This document shows positions 38,467 through 52,778 of a stretch of DNA of 64,000 nt, one piece after another (position 1 is the first letter of the stretch; each line of letters starts with the position of its first letter). The notes below the pieces were generated by a model. That model was not told the origin of the DNA, ran no database searches, and saw nothing but the letters and a program-made list of their open reading frames with translations. Where the stretch lies: NCBI RefSeq assembly GCF_964204645.1, contig NC_134027.1, positions 7,844,485 to 7,908,484 of the forward strand, given 5' to 3'. The translations under genes were made by a program, and so were the position numbers. This DNA comes from Tubulanus polymorphus. Its lineage: Eukaryota > Animalia > Nemertea.

Positions 38467-41400
38467 TATAATGCAGTTAGTCACACTAATTGTTCGCTGG
38501 CAACAGAGTTTGTAGTCTCCCCTGGTATATCGAATCTGAAACAAATCTTTAATTTGCTTTTCTTGCTTTTTCTGAATATTGCCTAGCTTTGAAGGTCCGT
38601 AAAAAAACGTTTATAAGCACGAGTGCAGAAGCATTCAAAGAGGACCGAACCGAAAGGACACGTGAAACGTGAGATGAAAACCATCGATCAAAACACCTGA
38701 AAAAAAGCTTAATCCTATCGATCGATGCGATAAGTGACAGAAACGTCACCGGGTGATTTTCTGGGACACGAATTATATTTTTTCGATGCTTTTTGTCATA
38801 CGACGACGTCAGCAAATTTTGTTCTTTAGTCCACCGTAAATGGAAACGATTTTACTACCTAAGATGGTAAAACTATTCGGCTACACGCACGATGACCCTC
38901 ATCTGCACCATTACTCAAGCAAACACCGAGTACTCAGGCCTACATATTTGTCAATAGTTTCCAAGTGAATAACTCTTAATCTTGAGCATGGATGGTTCGG
39001 GCAGAGAGCTGCGCACATAGATCGTGTTTGCACATCTGCCTGCGATGGGCGGTACGCCTGACTCGCGGGAATATTTACACCAAGGTTTGTGTACTTTGAA
39101 ATTGGCTCGCGATTCAGCCGTTCGCAGCTAATTACGACGTGATAACTTAAGAGCTCGAACATTCCTCCGAATCATCGGCTTGTTGCGCCATAAATCGAAC
39201 CAAAAATCGCGCTTGTATCTCGTTCCATCTTATACTGTCGTGATGGATCGATGCACGCATTATTTCATTCGAAATGATCGCCGAGCAGATTCCAATCGAC
39301 GGATAAAAAGCGTCAACGCATTTGGCTCCGTTCACGCGGGCGTTTAATAGAGACTGAAGCCGTCATCGTATATATCACTCTATCGGTTATTTTTTCAGCG
39401 AAATGATAAGATTTCAGTTTCTACTTTCTACTGCCGTTGTCGAGTGGATCGTGCGATGATACCGATCAATCAATGCGCGCGCGCGGCGGTATACAAGTGC
39501 ACGAATTACGACGTATTCCAAATGATGTGGCTAGTCGCAAAAATCAATCTGAATTTGGTTTGCGAGGCGTTGACAAACAAGCCTCGGCTGTGACGTCTTC
39601 GTTAATTCCAAATCGGTATAGTCCTGTCGTACACCATTCCTACGACACGAACAGAATAAGCGATGGAGATCGTCGCTATCGTTAGGTGCAGTTGAAGCAA
39701 TTTATCGTTACAATGAGGCAACAGCGCGCGACATAAGAGAATTTTCAATATCAAAGATCGCTCCATTGATATTCGCTTTTATTTCACTCGAACTTCTCGG
39801 TCGGGATATTTCAGCCCGATATCAGAGTATCTGATTACCGAATGCTGGCGACGGAAGGTTCAATATATTTTAGTTAACTGTACACAAGGTTAATTAAATA
39901 TGCATGACCGAATATTGAAAAAAAGTATGAAAATTGGTTGGACTACTGCAATATGCGAATGGCTCGAGACGTGAAGATGAGTTTGGGTTGCGCCATAAAT
40001 CTCCGTACGATAAAATTCTCCAAGCGGAGATCACACTTGTGCACAGAATATTCCCGTAGGATTTGGCGACGTGGAGCAGACAATATTATACCAAGTAATA
40101 TAAAACTATTCGATTCTTTATCAGACTGTCATCCAAAATCGGCAGACACAACGGCGAAAAGCGGGGTAAAAGAAACACAAACAAAGGAAGAACAAAACAA
40201 ACCATCGCTAAGACGCTTTATATGATTTGTTATTTTTGATCTTTTATTTTTACGCAATATTTGCATAACGTATATAATATGCATAGATATACAAATGGAA
40301 ACCATTTTATACAGTTGAATGGAATATGAGCAGAAGTTTTATTGAGACATTCAGTAAAATACTGAGTGGAATAACAAATCTATTACTCTACATGCAACAA
40401 TATATTGGGGGGCAAGTTTTACAGATCGAAAGAAAATATGAAGCAATGGCAGCTGACGCGGCTGTAGATCAGATTTCGGTGCATTGTTATCAACTGTAGG
40501 ATACCGAATTTAGTTACAGACACGACCATCGGTAAGATCGCCTGATGTTGTTATTTCCGCGAATTTGTCAGAGTTGACATTGTAAACTTTTCATTGCTCG
40601 TGCGCCATAATCACGGCGCCTCACCGAGGCAGCTTCAAAACACACTGCCGCTGTTGTGGTGTACAATGAAATTCTCTCTCGCTCTCAGACGCGAGATTAA
40701 TTCTATCCTGTGTCAGAGAAATCTATCGCGTCAATTGAATACTAATGTAACATCTTTATTCGGCAAGTTGTTCAAGGGTGAAATTTATGACTATAGTTGA
40801 TAAAGCGTATTGGCTTCGTTATAGCGCCGATTAGTCAGTTAAGGATATTACGAAAGTTTCAACTCAACTGTCCCGTTTGTTTCCATATACATGTTTCTGT
40901 ATATCCAGGCTACAGCAAACATTTTTTTTCAAAAGGTCGAAACTTGCCCCGAACGAGTAAAACTCAACAACATGATTAGAATATCAAAATAAACATCAAC
41001 ATTAACTATCTTTTACAAAAAGCTTAGCCCTAATAACTTGAAAATAACAAAAAAACCAACCCCGCATAGTGGGCTGTTTAACGAACGTTTAATTATTTAT
41101 CGGGCATCGCTCATTTCTGCAGTATCCAAGTCACCAGTGATTACATACTTGATATAGTTTTATGGCATTTTCAATATTTAACCAGATATGAATATTTGAA
41201 AGTCACGATCAATTTGAGCCTTGACCTCATTTCGAAGCTTTGCGTATCAACTGCTTACGTCATAATATCATATGGATGACGTCATGGATACATGTACTCG
41301 CGAATCGAAACCCTAAAACTGCCAGTGTATATTAATGAAATGGCGATGCACCAACAAACACGACACCAGCGTCCGTGGGATGGGAAGTAATTTTCTTGAG

Positions 41401-44400
41401 ATAGAATATTGTAATTGTATCTTGAGACGAGGCATGGAGTAACACCCGGAAACAAGAACTAAAAATAGTTTAGTTACTACCAGAAAAAACAAGTCAGAGC
41501 ATGTACAAAATTCATACACGCTATTCTGTTCGCCCTTCTATTTACAATTTGATCATCTATATTACTCAGGCCGGCCTCTTTATAACAGAACAATTATCAA
41601 ATCATTCTCCTGAAACCAAAAATATCATTTTCCATTAATTTTGAGAATTTGTTACTTTCAAGTACTGTTACCGATACCGACCCAGCGCTTTGGTATAAGC
41701 ATCCGTTGCAACAAACAAATCGCAGAATCATCAATCTGGATTTTCCAAGGTTAAGCGCTTTGACAATGTTAAATAGAGAAGAAACTTCCAACACGCCAGC
41801 TATAGATAAGGTAGGAGACACGGTAGCAAGATTTGCACCTGCCATCGTTGAAATTCAAACTTGACGACCGAGTTTCTTTTACAAAATTCTACCGTACAAG
41901 ACTTTTCTTTTTTTGACATTTCATCATTTTACATAATACACCTCGGCGACAGCCCGTACTGCTTCTAAAGACACCCATGTACCTTCGAAATTTATCAAGT
42001 TTGACACCCTATTTCAAAGATTTATTAATATTTCCAACATGTGGTGTTGTATCAATGATCGCCGCTAAACACGCTTGAAAAGATTTCCTAGTTCCGAATA
42101 GCCTCGCAGCAGGACTTCTATTCATAAACCAAGTTGCATTTATGTAACACTAGACTAACGACACTTTTTTCCCTGTGATATATGCTACGTAACTTTTGAA
42201 CGTTTTATACCGCTGCGTAGCCGTAGTATTATACGTAGATTAAACGTGATAAAGAACTTATTTCTAATACCGTCGGGAATAAAGTGAATCACCATCCAAT
42301 ATCGGGATATATAAAACCTACGGGAGTGTCGACACGGAAACATAAAAACAAATTCAAACGAGGGATACGAAGTTTGTTCAAGTATATAGTTGTTCATTTT
42401 ACTATTTTGGATTTGATAAATGCGCCATCGTTAATACAGAACTCATTAGCCATTCAAGCACTTTCAACTGATATGGAATTCATTTGCCATTTTGTAGCAC
42501 TTGTAACTAATAGAGTGGTCCATTTGATACCCCCAACTCATCTAAAAGCGTATTTGCTTTTTTCTTTCAGACGACGTCAACATATAGTTTGAATTGTGTA
42601 TAAAATCAAGGTTTATTAAGGACTATTCCAATTAGATTGCTTAATTATCGTAATCAAAAATGAAAATCGATTAATCTATTCATTGAAGATTCTGACGAAT
42701 GAATTTTTTTACATATTTCGTATAAGCATAAAAACTAACCGATTGACCCATACCGGAGTTATCGTGGAATCCTTTTTTGGTTCTTTCTTTTATTCTCCCG
42801 CTTGTAAATTCATAACGCCTTTAACATTGCACGAAAGAAAGAACAAGTGAATATACAGAAATTATGCGTCGACTGATAAAACCAAGATTTATTCAGCTCG
42901 TGATATGCCACCTGGGTACTGTAAATTATACCAAGAAATTATAACAGATCGAGACGATGTGATTTCCCGCCTTTGCACCGAATACCCAGCGAAAAAATGA
43001 AACTGTTTATGGCTTAAGGCACACCATTTTACGTTTTTCGTAACTCTTGTTGTCGAGATAGGATGTATACAATATTCTCGCTCGAACGACGCAGATTCAT
43101 TATTCAATAGGCTGATCAATGGATGGTCGATTCTGATGTACGAACAAAACGCAGTACGACATGATATAGAAATACTTCCCCTGCATTAACGAACCAAAAA
43201 CCAGCTTTTTACTATACTGTTTTATACTACATGGGGTCGAGCTTAGCGACTTCCTATTCATAACGTCTACATTTCAGGATTGCAAACGAACACGCCCTGT
43301 CGAATTGGCGGTACGTCCGCCGTGTCTCCGTATACGTCAAAGGCTACAAGAGGTATCATTTAATGGCCGGCTAGGCAATCAAGCCATCAACGGCAATTAA
43401 CCAAGTGGATGTTAAATGATGAAATTTGTTGGCGATTCACTAAATGCAGTTATAAATGAACTGGCGTCATTCCGGCTACTAATATCAATAAACGGAAATC
43501 TTTCTAGTATTCTAAATCTGCCTAGTATGGTGACGGTTCCTGCTCCGGGGCAGATCAAATCATACCTGACTGCCAGATGAACAATTTGTACCGATTACAA
43601 GCTATGGTATTATAGAAAGTGGACAATGATTTGAATCCGACTGACGATTGTCTATTTCCCTGCAGAATTTCGCCTATGAAATCGTAGCAATCATGCCTTA
43701 AAAATTCTAGCGTTAATCTTTTTTCCAGAGTTGGCATCATTTGACAAGTTTTAACATTGACACCTTTTTCGGCATCAAGGAATTGATTTTTGCACGATGA
43801 ACTCGCGAAGATCGTATCGATTTTAGCCTCAAGACTGTTGCCCACAGCGTAGACAACGTTTGAAATTGGAATGAACTTACACAATTGGGCTGAAAACATG
43901 TAACATTAACCAATAAGGCTCATTAAAAACGTCACCTGGATACTTCAGAATATTAAACGAATATCGTGTGATCTATGGCGAACGTAGCCAAAAAAATATC
44001 ATATATGTATATTTTACTTTTTTATGAAGGCACTTAGATCAATTGACTCACACTATGCAAATAAGTCTGAATGGTAGTACTATAACTGTCGAGAAGATAT
44101 TTGAAGCAACTGCATTCACCAGAACGTATACACCATACAAACAACGATAAGCATATTTCATTTGATTGAAAATGGATTTCGACAAATCATGTAAGTAGAC
44201 TCGAAAAAGTCTACGTATGTTACGTATAATGCTACAGCAAATTGTCGTCGAAAATGAAGTTCGTTACAGAAATTCGCGTATTTGTCCGGAATATCAAAAA
44301 AGATGTGCATGCGAGTGAATAATGCTTTCGAGGCAATGCGTCGTCATCAATCTTAGATACAATATTTCCAACCCCTTAGAATAGTAATATGCGTTCAGGT

Positions 44401-47400
44401 GTTGTGAAACATCGAAAATACGGTCGATTAATATTCATCGCTGACGTTCGCCATTCTAAGGTCAATCTCTAATAAACGAAAATGAATTTTCAATTTTCAG
44501 CAATAAAGCAATTTGGCGAGTTCCAGCAAGCTTGCTTCTTTCAGCATTAAATGTGGTTCCACAAAGGCTAGGACTAAATCGCGCCTCGGTCCAATGATAT
44601 CGTCCACTGGACAGCCGTACATCCGAATATTGACGATATTTATCAATCATCTATAGTAGAAATATTACAAATAAAGCCCAAGAGACAATGGTGATACGAT
44701 TCCAGTTTCTTTTGCTAAATAGATTTCTCATTCATCCCGTGGATACCTTCAACGTCATCACAAGAAAAATGTCACCCACACAAGGTATAAGCGACGTAAG
44801 TTTGACATCCTATCGAAGCGATATTGACTCCGATAAAATTGATGGTTCTTCGGACCACTTGAAGGTTTTTGCGCATACACATTTCGCTGTGTAAAATGTC
44901 ACCGGTGGTGTTTTATATTAAGAAATAGTGCCGGGTTTGCCGGTGATTTGACCATGTTCTACGTCCTATTTTCTCAGGATAAGTGTCTACTTGTCACGAC
45001 GTAAAAAGGATCAGTCGCGTGTGTGCGGCCGATGTTATTACAGTTCAACGACAGGTCCATTCCAATATCTCGCACCGTTGCCATTAATACTTATTAATAT
45101 TGGCGATCGTTTGTCGATTTATTGAAAGCTTTCGATACGCATTTCGAATTATCGTTAATAATAGTCGATGCGTTCTCTCGTATGCATTTCTATTCGAACT
45201 ATATTTTCGAAGAAGATTTTCTCGAACGACGCTAGATTTTCCGTTGGGCAGCAATTTTATGCATGCTTAGGATAACCAAACATATTCTTAAACGGCTCAA
45301 AACCTGAAACATCTTCGGTATTCTTACATCTGTTAGTTTGATATATTCATACATATCACAACGCGTAATTCTTAATTTTAGACTAAATTTATCATTTTCA
45401 TTTGAATATACTTCGATTCGATTATACATATTACATCTGCGTTCCTACGGGATCCATTCATCACACCAGACACAGAGGAAGAGTGGAGACGTGCTTCAAG
45501 TCAATATTTGATGTATAGTAGATCCCGTGCAGTATTGTGTTACTTTCTGAGAGCATACTGCTATGTACAGTTGCTAGATCATCTCTATCGCCGAATCACA
45601 TTATTTAATTGCCTGGAATTTGCTGCGACATTAATTATGAATGCGGTTCATCGACCCAGAATCGATGGTTTTCGGCCCTTTCGCGAGAGTCATCGAAGAT
45701 ACTAGACGGTATTCGCGTGAATAATTCACGGTCTGTATTGCAGTTTTCCGCCGAGATGACACCCACGTTTTACCGCATTGAGGTCTAATCCAGACGACTT
45801 AATGCCACAGTCTATCAATGTTTACCCGAGTCTAAAGGACGAAAGGTATTAGTTATGATACAGAGGAACTAACCCACTTGTTGAAATCCGATCGATTTTG
45901 AAGTATTTTTATTTAGATGAAAATTGCCTTTTCGCTAGGTAATTTCTCTGTCGTGAAGCTAGGGTGAGCTTGTAAGTCAAAATAAGCGAAATTACACCCA
46001 TATAAGATAAACTAACTTGAATGCATCTGCTATCTCTAGAGATGCAGTCTGCATGCCTAAACCTTCATTCTAATCATTGGCGGTATGTTTCCCCGACAGA
46101 TTTTACAAATGCCGTTTAAATCAAGACTGCTTTTCATAGAAATAACATTATATCGTCCATCATAGTCAACCTTTCAGAAAGTAGCTTCAATAGTATAGGC
46201 AATGCAAGGGGAGAGGCAATTTTATTCCCATCGAAGCCAAAACGGATGCAGAGTATACAGTGACCGAAACTTCACCTACCAACGACACATAATTGTTTCC
46301 TATAGTTACCGAACCCATTCGACATGAAAGATGCTTTTATTTTCCATACCATTTAGTAACCGACCGAATTTGCGTTAAATGATCGGCGAGAGTCCGCCCA
46401 CTAGGTCCCCTGATTTACATTTCTGCGTATCAACTACCGTGACCACAATCGGGGCGAAGATGCACAAGAACGGTAGATGTACCAATTGAAGCTCATCTTT
46501 TATTTCATTCGTAAGATTTGTAAAACCTATGGCTTTTGGTTAAAAGAATAACACGACCAGTGCGCTCTTGAATTCTCAACTCATAAAACGAACATAGTAT
46601 ACGTCGTATATGTACCTGTTCTCTTGAAACTTTACTTGGAAATATTTTATAGTGACAGCTGAACAGTTGTTATATGGGATCATTTCTCAATACCATCCCC
46701 ATTAAATACGTAAAGCTGATAGTTTGGTGATTACATTCAGTCCCCGGGCGGCTGTAAGCCTACAGTAACACACCGTATGGCATTGCAGTGTGGTCGGCGA
46801 ACTTTAATTAGGTGGGATAAATCAATGATGCGTTTTTCTATCTCGAATGAGCCATGCTCGCGTTCCCCGAGCGCCGCCATTGAAAAACTGCGCTTGAACC
46901 CGATCGAGAAATGTCTCTAATTAGAATTTCAGTCATCTGCTGCAAATAAATCAAATACGCAGAGAAAACCACTCATGTCTATCTTATTCGATCTTATTTT
47001 CGGTGGAATGTGTCGATGGAGTTCGGTGTTATCGTTTAAATCGAAACGATCAGAATTGTAAATAAGTATATTGAGATAACGACCAGTTTGGAGATTAAAT
47101 CAGAAATGTCGAGCGAAATAGAACGAAACATCTATACAAATGAAAATAAAATCGTATTTTCAACCCGCTGGGTCCAATTCAACAGTTCTGGGTTTGACTT
47201 TTGACAATTGGAAATACTCACGCGTCAATTCAACGAGATTTTTATAAAAAAACAAGAATTCTTTCGCCCACAGATAGATGTTACTGTAGGGGTAAACTGG
47301 AGCAAACGAAACAAAATAATGTTGTCTCATCGTAGCCATCATCGATATTTGAATATATTGTGGCTTATCGATCAAGGTATTATTGTGGCTATGGCGGTTG

Positions 47401-48071
47401 CTAAATCCATTGCCACATAATATTCACACGATGTAAACTAGTTTGATTTATTGACGTTCGTGCTATGTATAGGTTTCTAAAAAAGCTTTCTAATGTACAA
47501 TTCAGATTGATAAAACGCAATAGAACGTTTATATATATTACCGTATATTGTATTGAAAACAGGAGGCCTGCGGTGAAATACGCTATCCGTGGCGTATGAT
47601 GAACAACAGTAAAAAGCAACAGAAGTGTCATCGATATGGAAATCACCGCCATCGGAAGACTTGAACATACCAAGTGTATAGTTATCCTGCCGCGGGGATT
47701 TTGTTCTTTGACACTTCAAGCTCTATCTCTTTGAGGTAAAAAAAACCACGCCAAGATCAAAGATATATATTGGCATTTCGCTGTTTCAACAAACACAGCC
47801 ATCACAGTAACGCAGTAACTTCATCTTTGTTTATACATATCCTAACATGAACGTATGGGAGTAACCATGAGTCAAGACGACTGGATTAATCCTTTAATCT
47901 TGATCTTACGTGGATCTGACGTGCACTATATCACAGCCAATATTCAATTCGGTGCACCCTCTAACGATTTGATGCTATTGATACTAAACCCCTCGTATAT
48001 TTTGCTAACCAGTATAAAAAAAATAATTACTTCTGAATTTAGGGAATTCGTTTGTTCAATGAAATTAAACC

Positions 48072-48207
48072 TCATCAAGCGAAAACCCACAATATTAACA
48101 ATATTTCCAAATAAACTCTGAAGATGGAGTGGAAGTATTTCACCCGATACGTAAGGAATAAAACAGTAGCAGTTGTTTAGATTAATATTGTGGGTTTCGC
48201 TCAATGA
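48072..48207. mobile_element. Fold-back element with a degenerate hammerhead-like core on the plus strand
   Basis: Arms agcgaaaacccacaatattaa / ttaatattgtgggtttcgct flank CTGAAGA-T-ggagtggaa-gta-tttcaccc-GA(T)A-CG-TA at 48118-48153. Confidence 0.55.
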
Positions 48208-51200
48208 CATCAAGACTGGAAATAATCTCAACTATTTAGAAATTAAACCCATTTGCATCCGTTCAGAAAACCTGGTGGTACAGTTATCAGGTACAATGAT
48301 ACTTATTTCTATAAGGAAGTTACACCAGAAACCTCAACATCGGAATCATTAGCTTCAAACACTAATTTGAAAAACACTGGACTGACATTGTGATTATGGT
48401 CGCTTGATAACGAATCGAAGATGCACTACTAATTATTCAAATTTAAATCATAAGTGGCACCATATGCAATGATGCCCAAACGTTCAGTCAAGCTTGCCAT
48501 CCAAAGCTCTATACATAGCTCAATATTGAGCCATACCAGTATCCACACGTAATCAGAAATTCCCTCGACGAACCATAGAATGAATGGATTCCAGACACTG
48601 CTTACCACGGAAAGACTCTGATAAATATCTAATTCATTTAGGGCCCGATTGTCATCAGACTCGTAACGAATAAGCTAAGCCGAAAGTGTGATCTATGATT
48701 CAATTTAAAACCGCATTTCATCACGTAGATTTAATGAAATATCTGTTGTATATACAATATGTATTCATATATTCCATGAACAAGGCGGTAAATTTTTCCG
48801 TCGTCCTATGAAACGTATTAATCACATACCATAATCATATTGCCAATAAATTAATAAAGTCAATATTGAGGAATCTGCTAAATTTATCTCTCGACGAAGC
48901 GTCATAAATTTCGCAAACATCGCTGCCGAGATTTCATAGATTGAGATAGCGACGCTCGCTGTGTGTCCCGGCTGTCAATTGTTGAGCGCTTCGTACGTTT
49001 CAAGTAGCGACTTGATCGAATCAATGTTATGTTGTCATTTAATCGACGAAAGAGCTGCCCGAATACAGCGAGCCGTATTCAAATATCATTTTTACTGACG
49101 ACCCCAAGAAGACCGGCTTATCAGTTGTAGAAAAGATAAGATTCCGGTGAGTAGTTGGGTAAGACGAAGCGAGGTAATCAGGTTAGTGGCTCTCTAATCT
49201 GTCGGAAGAGTGACGCGAGCGTCTCGGCTGAGATTCGCGGCTTGATTACAGGGGTATTCCTCCGGTTTGAATTACCGGACAACACACACAACTGACCGAA
49301 AGAAAGCGAAGGAGATCCGAAAAAATGAAAGATGCAGCTTACATCACGATTCTCTACCCATTTTCTTGAATATATCAAAATAGCGCTGAAAGCGTTTTCC
49401 ATTCAAGTCGATAGCACCATTATACAGGACCAAATTCAATATCTAAATCTTCTGAATACAAAGAAATTATCTATCCAAGTGTTAGAATTCCAGGAACCTC
49501 TTTAAAGCAGATTCGTTGAAATTCTATGATTCTATTCCAGCTCTAAAATGCCAATATGAAATTGAAAAAGTAGTCACTTTTTTCGCCACTGTCTGTCATG
49601 TAGCCAGTAGGCAGACGAATCAGATGACGGATGTGCTTTGGGTTTCAGACACGTAACCTAGCTTACAACATCAGTAGATTTCCCGATAGTTTTCAAACGT
49701 AAGATAAAAATGCGGCTTTTCATGAAGAGCGATATTGAAAATCAATGTTTGAATATATTCAGTTCGGTGTATCATACATCAAACCGTGTGTTAGTGGAGT
49801 GTTCATGATTGTAAAAACACATTTCCAGTTTTATACACGCGTTTTATTCAGCCTTACTGCGGTGATTTCAAACAGCTATTATTTTTACATGAATTTCCCA
49901 ACATTACAGCCAAAAGTTTTTAGGTGTGATAAAGGCACAAAGTAAAACAATAACACGCCACAAACTGTCGAAATGGTGCGATTGAGGCCATATTCATATT
50001 TAATGACATATTGAACCGCGCGAGCGCCGATGAGAGCTTTATGGCATTTACTTCTTTCGTGTGCCATCGTCGTTCTTATTTCAGATATTTGAAGCACGTT
50101 CGCGATTGCGTTTTATTATTAACTCGATTTATGCTTGGAATTCCAAATTCCATTAACGTGTCGCATCGATTTTCTTCTTGTGGGAACACTTGGGCTATTA
50201 TCAGATTGTACTATACTCTTCATCAGATATTCGGCGGAGGGGGTAGGAAATTACGAACCGGAAACTGATGCTCGGTGTAAAACTAACACAAGTGGATTTC
50301 TGCTCATCCCGTGACGAGGGGAAGCTGGTTTATCAAGACGATATATGAATATGCACAAATTGGCGCTTCTCTGGTTGCAAGTGAACTAATTTTCCTCTTC
50401 AACCGTTAATTCCATAACTCAACCCATACTCTTATCAGTTAACCCGCCTGCCGCCGGAGCAACCCTTCCTCCCAATTTATCCCACTATCCGACGGCGATA
50501 GAGTTTTTATCATACATCATCGCACAGTCGATAACCTCTTTCTACTATAAAGATTGGTCATTTTTTCCAGTGCAGAATTACATAATTCCCCAATCACCCC
50601 GCGGCCACAGAATATAAAATGCTACGCGTTGCATATAGCGCATCTCGGAAACAATATCTACTTATAGGCGATGAATGGTGGACGGTGACACGTGACATTT
50701 CACGTCGTCGGAAGTAAGTGTCTCTGAGGTGACCAAAGCCAATCAGGCTAAATGTTCTGATTCGACTAAATGAGTCGTGTAAGCCACGAAATCGTCTCCG
50801 GTCTTATCTGTCTGAATACTGAGCAATATACTGATCGACACATGGCCGCCGTGCAGCTAGCAGTTACGCAAATAAGCGTTAAAAATCCAAATCGCAGTAG
50901 TCACGCCGTACGATGCATGATCTAAAGTGGTTCAAATTCATGATTGTACCCAGATTATGCTAAAAACGTTCTACAATTCCTTACTTATAACTTCGTATCA
51001 AAAAATTTTTAATTTTCTAAGCAGAATTCGATGACAGTTAAACTTCGGTTTTATGGCATTTTCTAAACTTGGGGCTCGATGGACAAATTTCGATCGGTTA
51101 ATGTCTAATCGATCCCTCTGTTTAACATGGAAGCGTGTATAATATGGGACCGTTTCCATAATGATTCATCAGTTTTTCCGAGCGCCTATTGAATGATGAA

Positions 51201-51934
51201 TATGAAATTTCCGATACGACACACAGCGATCGCATCATCGTTATATGCCACATTTGGTGACTTATATTTGTCGTCTGAAAAATCTATTGCAATGTAAAAT
51301 ACGCTCAAAACATATCTATTTTGGCTCTGATCAATTCCAAGCTGTCGAATATATTGATTAATTGATTCAATGCTCGTTTCATTATCCTACATCTCCGTCT
51401 ACATCTTTGCCTCGACGCGACAGAAAAATACCGACCTACTTTTAAGATATTCCGAACGTTGATATAACTCTTTTACATCTTCTTGTATAGTGCTACGCTT
51501 GTCTACGAGAATGCTTGTTAGAATGTAACATGCGCTCATCATTTCCGAATCAGTGGTTTCAAAAGAATTCATCTAAAAGATCACCAATATTCCCGCTTTA
51601 TCAGAATTGTGATAAGAACCCGTTTCAGTCGAATGTACTAAATTCTCACTGCTCAGATTGGTGTATATTGACCAACCATAGCTGGGTTTACATTCACATG
51701 ATGTCCACTTTTACTTTTACCCCAGAAAAATATTGCGAAAACCAGTATTAGGTGCATACGATAAGTTTCTATGAATTCAGCCAATACTAACAAGATTATA
51801 GCTCAGCAATTTGATGGAAACATAGCCCGATACCTTCGCGCAAATCATGCAAGGATTTTACGTCAGTCGAATTCAATTGTTAACATCTTATCACTTTTTT
51901 GTTCTATACAGATATTTGTTCTACTATGTATAAG

Positions 51935-52133
51935 ATAAGTAAAAGAAACGGATAGTACTTTGTTAACTTGTTTATTCGAAGTACGGGCTTTCGCTACGGT
52001 GGATAGTCGCATCATCAGGTGAATGAGTCACTCATTCACTCATTCACCCGATGATGCTGTTTTACATCAGTAGCGAAAGCTCGTACTTCGAAAAAACAAG
52101 TTAACAAAGTACTACCCGTTTCGTTTTACTTAT
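51935..52133. mobile_element. 199-bp near-perfect palindrome with two oppositely oriented minimal hammerhead-like cores
   Basis: Arms ataagtaaaagaaacgg.tagtactttgttaacttgttt.ttcgaagtacg.gctttcgctac and their reverse complement. Minus 51981-52024: CTGATGA-T-gcgac..gtagc-GAAA-GC-CC. Plus 52044-52086: CCGATGA-T-gctg..tagc-GAAA-GC-TC. Confidence 0.8.
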
Positions 52134-52778
52134 TCTACACCGGGTAAACACGGCTCCTCTACGTATGTATAAGATGAAATTTAGAAAGGTGACCTGATTT
52201 TGCGTTATTTAAGGTTTATGCCATGCGCACATATGATTAGAAACTGCTTATTTTTAGAAGTAAATGGAAGATTTCTAATTATTGAATTTTATGTATCATT
52301 TTTCTAAATGCATATATAATAGACATATTATAGGCCTACATTAAGAAATACTTATCGAGAGAAAGTTTTCTAGAGTGCAATACAAGTGGGCATATATATT
52401 GAATGGTCGAGTGACAGAACGAAATATTTCGTACGCGAGGAGCACCAAACACTCTTCATACAGTTTTGATGCAGTAAACTTTTTTTTTCGTTATCAAATA
52501 CAACAAATCAATAGATATACTAATAGAAAAAACACCATACGTGTGATAAAGCCTGAGTTAGTATTCGCAGTTTACCATTCCCTGAGGCTCTCCAGAGGTC
52601 AGTCAACTCATAAATCACTTTCATCGCGATGATTTACCGTGCAGCTATAGAACTTAAAACCAAACTACAAATTATCTAGCGCATGCTCAAAATCGTATGA
52701 TAACAATTCGTTAATAATTATACATCTTTATCCAAAATCGCAGATGCTTGCTTTGGTGCTATTGAACGGTACGGATAA

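Noticed and set aside
47928-47945. TATCACAGCCA resembling the miR-2 family
   Set aside because: No complementary 5' arm upstream; a match of this length is plausible by chance.
50180-50226. Fourth hammerhead-like motif (minus-strand CTGATGA)
   Set aside because: No GAAA core at the expected position and no inverted arms.
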